Under the pieces are notes generated by a model that saw only the letters and a program-made list of their open reading frames with translations, was not told the DNA's origin and searched no databases. From contig NC_047072.1 in NCBI RefSeq assembly GCF_902459465.1, positions 10,292,001 through 10,356,000 of the forward strand: 64,000 nt of DNA, read 5' to 3'. Position 1 is the stretch's first letter. Each line of letters starts with the position of its first letter. The position numbers and the translations under genes were made by a program. The DNA comes from Asterias rubens (taxonomy: Eukaryota). Positions 13,216 through 24,189 of the stretch are shown piece by piece.

Positions 13216-13716
13216 GAGTTAAAACACTGACCTCCCTCAAAACCCCGTCCAAGAGGGGGCCTAGGGGACCTTCAACCAACCCCCATACTCGCACCCTTGA
13301 TGGGTAACAGCGGTGTGGAAGAATGATTGGTCTTCAGTCCCCCTGGCCAAAGAGACTAGAAGAAGATTGACCCCACGCCACGCCCAGGTCCATCTCATCC
13401 CGCATGCAGGACGGAGAACGAGGAGCAGCGAGAATCAGGAAAAAGTGATGCCGGTGTGCCCTTGATCTGCCCGGGTAGAGTGCGTCCGAGGCAGCCACCG
13501 GCGTCGGACTATACAATCCAGAGTCTATTGAACACTACACGTATTGAAATACGTCGTGCCGCACTGGTTGATGGAATACCCTGGGGGTGCTGGGAAGTCC
13601 GTCTCTGTCGGTGCATTTCTTGGGCCGTCTAGCATGGGCCCCGTGGCTCGGAGGCCCCGGCCCCATGTAGACGGCGACAGCGAGGGCGATGGTTGGTTTC
13701 TCAGTGCTATGAACTC
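13216..13716 (-). ncRNA. Putative structured ncRNA, type A copy 1 (core of 501 nt)
   Basis: GC-rich island downstream of TATATAAG (13760-13753), followed by AATAAA (13131-13126). The 5' GAGTT..CACTGA pairs with the 3' TCAGTG..AACTC, and there are several nested hairpins. Not matched to a known family by eye. Confidence 0.6.
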
Positions 13717-13752
13717 GATGAGACCCACTGACGAACAAGCCGTGTGAGAGCT

Positions 13753-13832
13753 CTTATATAGCCTTACTAGCCCGGGAAAGCAGATGACTCACGCACGTCA
13801 AAGGTCCAACCCGCTGGAGAAAAATCTAGAAT
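13753..13832 (-). promoter_or_regulatory. Pol II-type promoter of type A: TATA, AP-1, CRE half-site, HSE-like element (repeated in copies 2 and 3)
   Basis: TATATAAG 13760-13753, TGACTCA 13785-13791, ACGTCA 13795-13800 (ACATCA in copy 3), and aGAAa-aATCt-aGAAt 13818-13832 (one mismatch to the HSE consensus). Confidence 0.55.
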
Positions 13833-14533
13833 GTCTATGACACGTCAAGTATTAAAGCATGATGAAATAAAAAATTGTCAAAATTGAAACGTTGTTTTGT
13901 TCAATGTTCCAGACGTTTCCATGCTACATTCCAAGCCTACATCACCCCCCCCCCCACACCCACACACACAAAACAATAAATAACGAAAAGCAATGAACCT
14001 TGAAAATCAGGGCTGTGTCCTTCGGTTTTTATTGTCCCATTTTCCAAATTGAAATGAATTTTATTTTCGCATTATTCGAAATTTTGTTATACGTGTAAAA
14101 TTAAGCTTATGATAACAATGGACAGAACGGAAAGGAAATGACACAATCAAAACAACACCAAGCACTTTCAACAGAAAGCGGTAAAGTCATTGATTGGGCC
14201 TAATTTTGGTTTGAGTGTTTTCAGCGCTTCTGCATGAGTCCCCATTACTTATCGTAGTTTTTAGAATGTGCTATGTGCATGAAGAAGAAAACCTGAACAA
14301 AATACATGACGCTTTTAATAATATCTCGCAACTTCGACGACCATGAGCTCAATTTTTCACATGTTTGTTATTTTATGCATATGTTGAGATACACCAAGTG
14401 AGAAGACTGGTCTTTGACAATTACCAATAGTGTCCACTGCCTTTAACACATTTTTTTCGCAGTGAGACTGAGAACAATAAAAAACCAAAGACCCGTGGAT
14501 TTGCTTTTGCCGCGAACCATCAAACCATTTTAA

Positions 14534-14893
14534 TTAAAGGGACACACCGGCTTCGTTGGGCTATTTAGGCTACAAAATACACTAAAACATGATTCTAAAG
14601 GTCTTCCAGGAATGGAGAAGAATAGTTGCTAAAGAAACCATCAAATTTGGCCGTTTTTAACGCATTTTCAAAAAAAGAAGGTCACGTGGATTATCCGAAC
14701 CACTTTTTTGGTTCGGATAACCCACGTGACCTTCGGAGATAGTTTTACTTCCAGCCGTATAAAAATAAATTAAAAATATATTACTAAACCAAATTTTCTA
14801 ATTTTTGGTTACAAGAACCATCTATAAAAACATTATTTTTATGATTCTACACCCCTAAATTGCGTAAAACTGTGAGCCGGTGTGTCCCTTTAA
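14534..14893. mobile_element. TTAA-flanked MITE inside each triplicated unit
   Basis: TTAA|AGGGACACACCGGCT ... AGCCGGTGTGTCCCT|TTAA. Copies at about 17187-17543 and 20604-20967. Confidence 0.85.
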
Positions 14894-15824
14894 GTTCAGT
14901 TCAATATAAATTGTACAAACTACTACAAGGTTCATGATTTTGCTCGTGCTGTGAAAATAACGTGGGACATTCCTATAACTTCGGCTTGAATGCAATTTAC
15001 TTAAATTGTGTAATGTTTTTATTTTATTTTAAATGTGACCCATGTGTCACAGTGGGCTCCTCAGAGTTAACTCCAAATTGCACGCTCGGTATGTAAATAC
15101 TTTGATTCGCTAGTATAGGTAAGAAAATCTCCCTTAAAAAATGCATGAATGAGCTTGGAACATAAATTCTTGATAGGCCTTTATATACTTTACAAAACCA
15201 GGCAATAGGCTTATACATCATGTAAACCATGAATGGATGAAAAAGCCTCCCATGGTACGTGTGAACAGAAGCTTGAGTTACAAGTTTCCGGCACACTCAC
15301 GGCTGTTTCCTGTTTCACCAAGGTCAACAGCAGTGTGAATCCATACCATGCGCGACAAACTGACAAAAATGCCAGAGCCTACTAATAATACGCCATGTTG
15401 TCTTACGATGGATTTTGCTTTGTGCATGAAATCGAGCCATGTGGCTTATATCCATTTGTGTCTAGGCAGAAATTCAACGACCCTGTTGTTGTGTCAATGC
15501 ACGAGATATTTGACAGTACATGCAATATTGTGAAGGGGGTAGCTTCAGTGCAAGCTGATGCAAGGGATTGATTCCATCCAATGCTTTAATTTGCAGAATA
15601 CTACTCAAAACAAAATAATTGTGAAACTTGTTGTACTTGCCATAATCACACATTTACCCTCTGAAAGGTGCTGGACTAAAGAACACAAATTGAAATAGTT
15701 TCATTGAACCAGATGTATAAGATACTGCCATTGTTTTATTAATTCGAACCCCGGCATGCCAGTTGATCAGTCTCGCGGATGTATTATTAGCCAGGCCCCC
15801 ACAAACACGGAATTGAAGAGAGCA

Positions 15825-16325
15825 GAGTTAAAACACTGACCTCCCTCCAAACCCCGTCCAAGAGGGGGCCTAGGGGACCTTCAACCAACCCCCATACTCG
15901 CACCCTTGATGGGTAACAGCGGTGTGGAAGAATGATTGGTCTTCAGTCCCCCTGGCCAAAGAGACTAGAAGAAGATTGACCCCACGCCACGACCAGGTCC
16001 ATCTCATCCCGCATGCAGGACGGAGAACGAGGAGCAGCGAGAATCAGGAAAAAGTGATGCCGGTGTGCCCTTGATCTGCCCGGGTAGAGTGCGTCCGAGG
16101 CAGCCACCGGCGTCGGACTATACAATCCAGAGTCTATTGAACACTACACGTATTGAAATACGTCGTGCCGCACTGGTTGATGGAATACCCTGGGGGTGCT
16201 GGGAAGTCCGTCTCTGTCGGTGCATTTCTTGGGCCGTCTAGCATGGGCCCCGTGGCTCGGAGGCCCCGGCCCCATGTAGACGGCGACAGCGAGGGCGATG
16301 GTTGGTTTCTCAGTGCTATGAACTC
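15825..16325 (-). ncRNA. Putative structured ncRNA, type A copy 2
   Basis: Near-identical to copy 1. TATA 16369-16362, AATAAA 15740-15735. Confidence 0.6.
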
Positions 16326-19241
16326 GATGTGACCCACTGACGAACAAGCCGTGTGAGAGCTCTTATATAGCCTTACTAGCCGGCCGGGAAAGCAGATGAC
16401 TCACGCACGTCAAAGGTCCAACCCGCTGGAGAAAAATCTAGAATGTCTATGACACGTCAAGTATTAAAGCATGATGAAATAAAAAAAAAATCAAAATTGA
16501 AACGTTGACGTTCTGAATTTTGGTTTTGTTCAGTGTTCCAGACGTTTCCATGCTACATTCCAAGCCTACATCACACCCCCCCCCCCCCCCCCAACACACA
16601 CAAAACAATAAATAACGAAAAGCAATGAACCTTGAAAATCACTGAGTCATACTGTTTCCAGGGCTGTGTCCTTCGGTTTTTATTGTCCCATTTTCCAAAT
16701 TGAAATGAATGAAAATTTTTATTTTCGCATTATTCGAAATTTTGTTATACGTGTAAAATTAAGCTTATGATAATAATGGAAAGTAAACGGAAAGGAAATG
16801 ACACAATCAAAACAACACCAAGCACTTTCAACAGAAAGCGGTAAAGTCACTGATTAGGCCTAATTTTGGTTTGAGTGTTTTCAGCGCTTCTGCATGGGTC
16901 CCCATTACTTATCGTAGTTTTTAGAATGTGCTATGTGCATGAAGAAGAAAACCTGAACAAAATACATGACGCTTTTAATAATATCTCGCAACTTCGACGA
17001 CCATGAGCTCAAATTTTCACATGTTTGTTATTATTTTTATGCATAATGTTGAGATACACCAAGTGAGAAGACTGGTCTTTGACAATTACCAATAGTGTCC
17101 ACTGCCTTTAACACATTTAATTCGCAGTGAGACTGAAAACAAAGACCCGTGGGTTTGCTTTTGCCGCAAACCATCAAACCATTTTAATTAAAGGGACACA
17201 CCGGCTTCGTTGGGCTATTTAGGCTACAAAATACACTAAAACATGATTCTAAAGGTCTTCCAGGAATGGAGAAGAATAGTTGCTAAAGAAACCATCAATT
17301 TGGCCGTTTTAACGCATTTTCAAAAAAAGAAGGTCACGTGGGTTATCCGAACCACTTTTTTGGTTCGGATAACCCACGTGACCTTCGGAGATAGTTTTAG
17401 TTCCAGCCGTATACAAATAAATTAAAAATATATTACTAAACCAAATTTTCTAATTTTTGGTTACAACAACCATCTATAAAAACATTATTTTTATGATTCT
17501 ACACCCCTAAATTGCGTAAACTGTGAGCCGGTGTGTCCCTTTAAGTTCAGTTCAATATAAATTGTACAAACTACTACAAGGTTCATGATTTTGCTCGTGC
17601 TGTGAAAATAACGTGGGACATTCCTATAACTTCGGCTTGAATGCAATTTACTTAAATTGTTTAATGTTTTTATTTTATTTTAAAAATGTGACCCATGTGT
17701 CACATGGGGGCTCCTCAGAGTTAACTCCAAATTGCACGCTCGGTATGTAAATACTTTGATTTGCTAGTATAGGTAAGAAAATCTCCCTAAAAACAATGCA
17801 TGAATGAGCTTGGAACATAAATTCTCGATAGGACTTTATATACTTGACAAAACCAGGCAATAGGCTTATACATCATGTAAACCATGAATGGATGAAAAAG
17901 CCTCCCATGGTACGTGTGAACAGAAGCTTGAGTTACAAGTTTCCGGCACACTCACGGCTGTTTCCTGTTTCACCAAGGTCAACAGCAGTGTGAAGCCATA
18001 CCATGCGCGACAAACTGACAAAAATGCCAGAGTCGACTAATACGCCATTTCAAAACAGATTATTCGTCAACATTGTACACCAGTGGTGTTTTGTGAGCTG
18101 TTCAGCACGTATTATCCGTATTCGATACCAATTTTCAATTACATTTTCGTCCTTTCGAGGTATTCGGAGTGAGAGTCAACTCCTGCTGCATTACGACGAT
18201 ATTTCATCATGGGGATGCATACTTTGCGAGCAAGATTAACATTCAGATTGTTTCTGTTTCGAGAAAATTCTACCAGATTAAAGGCACGTAAATTTTGTTT
18301 AGTTCATTTTCTGGTTCGAGAAATTCTACAATTTCACAGCACGTCACATTAGTTTGTAAGCGGTGCCGAAACTACAACCCTTTCCTTAAAATAATGCCCT
18401 ATCAAGGGTGCACATTGTTTTGGTAGATGGCACTTTTGGCCAATGAAAACTGTAGTTTCCCTTTGCATTTCTCTTAAAGGAGCTAATTTCCAACGGGTCA
18501 TGTTCAATAAGGTAATCGGACACAAGTTAAAACAAGTAGGCCTACATGCAGGCCAGGTCTGCCGGAGATTATGTTCCCCATTAGGAAAATACTTGGGCTT
18601 TAGGTAAGGAGGATGTTTCAAAAGAGGGCGCTATCAGAAGAAGTTTGTACACAGTTCGCCGTATGGGGGACAGTAAATCAGAAGGCTCAGGGGGGGGGGG
18701 GGGGGGGGGGGGCAAAATCTCATACCCACCACACCGGGCTTTACCCGACTGCCAAAATGGTATCGATCAAAGTTTTGCTGTTATTTCGAGGTAATCTAAC
18801 CAATACTGACAATGTTGTCTTACGATGGATTTTGCTTTGTGCATGAAATCGAGCCATGTGGCTTATATCCATTTGTGTCTAGGCAGAAATTCAACGACCC
18901 TGATGTTGTGTCAATGCACGAGATATTTGACAGTACATGCAATATTGTGAAGGGGGTAGCTTCAGTGCAAGCTGATGCAAGGGATTGATTCCATCCAATG
19001 CTTTAATTTGCAGAATACTACTCAAAACAAAATAATTGTGAAACTTGTTGTACTTGCCATAATCACACATTGACCCTCTGAAAGGTGCTGGACTAAAGAA
19101 CACAAATTGAAATAGTTTCATTGAACCAGATGTATAAGATACTGCCATTGTTTTATTAATTCGAACACCGGCATGCCAGTTGATCAGTCTCGCGGATGTA
19201 TTATTAGCCAGGCCCCCACAAACACGGAATTGAAGAGAGCA

Positions 19242-19742
19242 GAGTTAAAACACTGACCTCCCTCCAAACCCCGTCCAAGAGGGGGCCTAGGGGACCTTCA
19301 ACCAACCCCCATACTCGCACCCTTGATGGGTAACAGCGGTGTGGAAGAATGATTGGTCTTCAGTCCCCCTGGCCAAAGAGACTAGAAGAAGATTGACCCC
19401 ACGCCACGACCAGGTCCATCTCATCCCGCATGCAGGACGGAGAACGAGGAGCAGCGAGAATCAGGAAAAAGTGATGCCGGTGTGCCCTTGATCTGCCCGG
19501 GTAGAGTGCGTCCGAGGCAGCCACCGGCGTCGGACTATACAATCCAGAGTCTATTGAACACTACACGTATTGAAATACGTCGTGCCGCACCGGTTGATGG
19601 AATACCCTGGGGGTGCTGGGAAGTCCGTCTCTGTCGGTGCATTTCTTGGGCCGTCTAGCATGGGCCCCGTGGCTCGGAGGCCCCGGCCCCATGTAGACGG
19701 CGACAGCGAGGGCGATGGTTGGTTTCTCAGTGCTGTGAACTC
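19242..19742 (-). ncRNA. Putative structured ncRNA, type A copy 3
   Basis: Near-identical to copies 1 and 2. TATA 19786-19779, AATAAA 19157-19152. Confidence 0.6.
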
Positions 19743-22700
19743 GATGTGACCCACTGACGAACAAGCCGTGTGAGAGCTCTTATATAGCCTTACTAGCCGG
19801 CCGGGAAAGCATATGACTCACGCACATCAAAGGTCCAACCCGCTGGAGAAAAATCTAGAATGTCTATGACACGTCAAGTATTAAAGCATGATGAAATAAA
19901 AAAAAAAAAAAAATTGAAACGTTGATGTTCTGAATTTTGGTTTTGTTCAATGTTCCAGACGTTTCCATGCTACATTCCAAGCCTACATCACACCCCCCCC
20001 CCCACACACACAAAACAATAAATAACGAAAAGCAATGAACCTTGAAAATCACTGAGTCATACTGTTTCCAGGGCTGTGTCCTTCGGTTTTTATTGTCCCA
20101 TTTTCCAAATTGAAATGAATGAAAAATTTTATTTTCGCATTATTCGAAATTTTGTTATACGTGTAAAATTAAGCTTATGATAATAATGGAAAGTAAACGG
20201 AAAGGAAATGACACAATCAAAACAACACCAAGCACTTTCAACAGAAAGCGGTAAAGTCACTGATTAGGCCTAATTTTGGTTTGAGTGTTTTCAGCGCTTC
20301 TGCATGGGTCCCCATTACTTATCGTAGTTTTTAGAATGTGCTATGTGCATGAAGAAGAAAACCTGAACAAAATACATGATGCTTTTAATAATATCTCGCA
20401 ACTTCGACGACCATGAGCTCAAATTTTCACATGTTTGTTATTTTATGCATATGTTGAGATACACCAAGTGAGAAGACTGGTCTTTGACAATTACCAATAG
20501 TGTCCACTGCCTTTAACACATTTTTTTTCGCAGTGAGACTGAGAACAATAAAAAACCAAAGACCCGTGGATTTGCTTTTGCCGCGAACCATCAAACCATT
20601 TTAATTAAAGGGACACACCGGCTTCGTTGGGCTATTTAGGTTAAACAATACACTAAAACATGGTTCTAAAGGTCTTCCAGGAATGGAGAAGAATAGTTGC
20701 TAAAAGAAACCACCAAATTTGGCCGTTTTAACGCATTTTCAAAAAAAGAAGGTCACGTGGGTTATCCGAACCACTTTTTTGGTTCGGATAACCCACGTGA
20801 CCTTCGGAGATAGTTTTACTTCCAGCCGTATAAAAATAAATTAAAAAAATATTACTAAACCAAATTTTCTAATTTTTGGTTACAACAACCATCTATAAAA
20901 ATTAATATTATTTTTATGATTCTACACCCCTAAATTGCGTAAACTGTGAGCCGGTGTGTCCCTTTAAGTTCAGTTCAATATAAATTGTACAAACTACTAC
21001 AAGGTTCATGATTTTGCTCGTGCTGTGAAAATAACGTGGGACATTCCTATAACTTCGGCTTGAATGCAATTTACTTAAATTGTTTAATGTTTTTATTTTA
21101 TTTTAAAAATGTGACCCATGTGTCACATGGGGGCTCCTCAGAGTTAACTCCAAATTGCACGCTCGGTATGTAAATACTTTGATTCGCTAGTATAGGTAAG
21201 AAAATCTCCCTAAAAAAAATGCATGAATGAGCTTGGAACATAAATTCTTGATAGGCCTTTATATACTTTACAAAACCAGGCAATAGGCCTCCCATGGTGT
21301 GAACAGAAGCTTGAGTTACAAGTTTCCGGCACACTCACGGTTGTTTCCTGTTTCACCAAGGTCAACAGCAGTGTGAATCCATATACTGTACCATGCGCGA
21401 CAAACTGACAAAAATGCCAGAGTCGACTAATACGCCATTTCAAAACCGATTATTCGTCAACATTGTACACCAGTGGTGTTTTGTGAGCGGTTCGGCACGT
21501 ATTATTCGTATTCGATACCAATTTTCAATTACATTTTCGTCCTTTCGAGGTATTCGGAGTGAGAGTCAACTCCTGCTGCATTACGACGATGTTTCATCAT
21601 GGGGATGCATACTTTGCGAGCAAGATTAACATTCAGATTGTTTCTGTTTCGAGAAAATTCTACCAGATTAAAGGCACGTCAATTTTGTTTAGTTCATTTT
21701 CTGGTTCGAGAAAATTATACAATTTCACAGCACGTCACATTAGTTTGTAAGCTGTGCCGAAACTACAACCCTTTCCTTAAAATAATGCCCTATCAAGGGT
21801 GCACATTTTTTTGGTAGATGGCACTTTTGGCAAATGAAAACTGTAGTTTCCTTTTGCATTTCTCTTAAAGGAGCTAATTTCCAACGGGTCATGTTAAATA
21901 AGGTAATCTGACACAAGTTAAAACAAGTAGGCCTACATGCAGGCCAGGTCTGCCGGAGATTATGTTCCCCATTAGGAAAATACTTGGGCTTTAGGTAAGG
22001 AGGATGTTTCAAAAGAGGGCGCTATCAGAAGAAGTTTGTACACAGTTCGCCGTATGGGGGACAGTAAATCAGAAGGCTCAGGGGGGGGGGGGGGGGGGGG
22101 GGCAAAATCTCATACCCACCACACCGGGCTTTACCCGACTGCCAAAATGGTATCGATCAAAGTTTTGCTGTTATTTCTATTCGCTTATATATATAAGCGT
22201 GCAGGGGCCAATTTCATAGAGCTGCTTTAGCAAAGAATTTGTCTAAGCACGAAAACAGCTCGCTTATTCTACACATGTTATTGGCCAAAATTGTATGCTA
22301 TATATATAGCATGAGTCTGATATAGGGGGAGGGCACCAGAATCTCCTGCCACACCGGAGCTGCACCATGTTCTTGGAAAAAAAAAATCGATCCAACCCCA
22401 AACCTGTAGATAATGTAAAACATGCAACAAGAGAAATTGTTACGTTTTACATTGCTATTTTGTTGCTATTATAAAGTTACTGTTGTTTGCTTTTGGTATT
22501 GGAAAGGCAGAGCCGAGACTGGGATCATTCTTAGATGTAATTTTATGACGTGCACGTAGAAGCGTTACTTTCCAAATCAAAGTAAAGATCAATTTCGCAA
22601 TTTTCATGAAAATTAGGAAAATATGTTTCATTATTTTTGTTTTGTTATGAAAATATGCGTATAGTCCAGGACTCGTGTCTGATGTCAGTTTCGTTTTAAA

Positions 22701-22859
22701 TTGACAGAAATTGACTCTGAATTAATTGTTAACTTAAAAAAAAAACAAGTAAAACATATAATAGGCCTAGCATTCGATTCAATATATTTATATTTTAGTG
22801 TATAAGGAAATGGTCTAAGTGAGGCAGCCCGGCGATTGCACAACCAGTAGTAACCAATA

Positions 22860-23147
22860 AGTGCATATATACGTCATGACGCGTCAGCTTATCCTCCTAC
22901 CACAGATAGCTTGCACACTCAGCAATTCCATTGCCAAACGTAGTCTTTGTGCGGGCGTTAAAAAATGACCCACGGTCCTCTAACACTAACAAAACATTCA
23001 TAATACACGACTGACAACACGACGTGAGACTACAAGTACATGACGTCACCCTTTCTGCATAGATACGACATCAAACAATAGACTGTTTACATGCGTAAAA
23101 ATAGACTCGTTACGTGGGTGTTTTTCAGGAGGAGGCGCCTATATAAA
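22860..23147 (+). promoter_or_regulatory. Promoter of type B with TATA box and clustered CRE/bZIP sites
   Basis: TATATAAA 23140-23147, perfect CRE TGACGTCA 23041-23048, ACGTCATGACGCGTCA near 22871-22886, TTACGT near 23110, and CCAAT near 22854. Confidence 0.6.
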
Positions 23148-23162
23148 CCCCTGCCACACTGA

Positions 23163-23510
23163 GCAGAGTTAGGTTTTCTCAGCGGTGCGTTGAAATGCGT
23201 AACAATGGGGACTCCTCACTTCGTCTACATCGCAACCTACATCCCAAGCGACGACGTATGGAAATAATACTTCGCTCCGGGGCTGCTTTTGAGTAGCCCC
23301 ATTGCTCGCCATCTTGATGGCAAACCTTAAGGACAGACTCGGCCCGGGCTCGGCAACCTCCCATAGACGGCCGCGCAGTCACCCTTTAAGGGTGCTAGCG
23401 GTGGGAGGGCGTCGGGGATACCCCGGCCCCACTTGTACAGTCTCTGGTGCGCTTTTGTTGTGCGTTCTGACTTAAGGCGTACTTCATTTAAATATTCGCA
23501 CCGATTCTGT
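23163..23510 (+). ncRNA. Putative structured ncRNA, type B (diverged paralog of type A, core of 348 nt)
   Basis: End pairing GCAGAGT/ATTCTGT and CGGTGCG/CGCACCG. Stems GGGGCT/AGCCCC, GCCAT/ATGGC, CCTTAAG/CTTAAGG, CCTCCCA/TGGGAGG, CACCCT/AGGGTG and GTCGGGG/CCCCGGC. Four motifs are shared with type A. Confidence 0.6.
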
Positions 23511-24189
23511 ATTTGCGGGGGAAAACACAATCATCTGCATCCAGCAAGTCAGCATGTCTTCTGTCGTCACTTCCACGGCAAGGCCAGATAAAATAAAAAC
23601 TTGAAGCTTTATACATGTATGTATTTTTTATTTCTGACGTAAAAAAGGGAATGTTTTAAGGATCTCAGATGAAGAAAAAAAAGAACAGCCGGTTCTCTTT
23701 TTAAATATGTCGGGCGGCCATTTTGGGAAACAAATTAGAGAAAAAAGGCCGCCCTCCCCTTTTTCCAAAAAGCAGGACACTAGATAATTATGTTTTGGGG
23801 CCAACCTGCACGTTATAAAAGGTTTTATTTTTTTTCCCCTGTAAGATGAGACTAAGAGGAGCCACAAGGCTCATCGAGTCCCGATTTCACGAAGAGCTAT
23901 GATAATGGAATGATTTGTGTATCTTTATGCAATCAATTGATTGGAAAAGAGAGTTTTTGGTTATTGAAGAACAATCTCCAGTCACAGTATATGTACAAAA
24001 TACTTATATGCCAGAAGACAAGATCATTATGTAAAATATCCTGAGAGTTTTATTAATACAGTATTGAGTATTCTACAATAAAATTTGACTCGGTCAAATA
24101 AAAAGGATACATGACACTGACAGCACGAAAAATATGAATACTCGTCAAAAAGTGGAAACTGCCAAGTTTGTACCCCCCCCCAACCCATT

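Larger units (their letters stand above)
12768..22177. repeat. Tandem triplication of a unit of about 3.4 kb
   Basis: Copy 1 is 12768 to about 15396 (lacks about 0.8 kb of its 3' end), copy 2 about 15395-18787, copy 3 18794-22177. The same small ORFs recur at offsets +2609 and +6026. Confidence 0.95.

Noticed and set aside
13500-13540. Group I intron R/S-like words (GTTCAATAGACT ... TATAGTCC) in type A
   Set aside because: Only about 10 nt separate them, leaving no room for P3 and P8, and there is no interrupted host gene.
13334-13747. 60-67 aa ORFs in the triplicated unit as conventional proteins
   Set aside because: They overlap on both strands in GC-rich DNA, mostly have non-ATG starts and show no domain. 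They recur only because of the duplication.
13216-23510. Telomerase RNA identity for type A or B
   Set aside because: No CUAACCCUAA-type template in either unit. CTAACACTAAC near 22980-22990 has a mismatch and lies upstream of the B TATA box.
13216-23510. RNase P/MRP, 7SK, SRP, U3 or tRNA identity
   Set aside because: Hallmarks not found by eye: the P4 CR-I/CR-V pair, the 7SK GGAUG start with paired GAUC, the SRP Alu domain, C/D boxes, a cloverleaf. A short resemblance to a 7SK segment (UCAAGGGU..CGAGUA) was judged too weak. cmscan should confirm.
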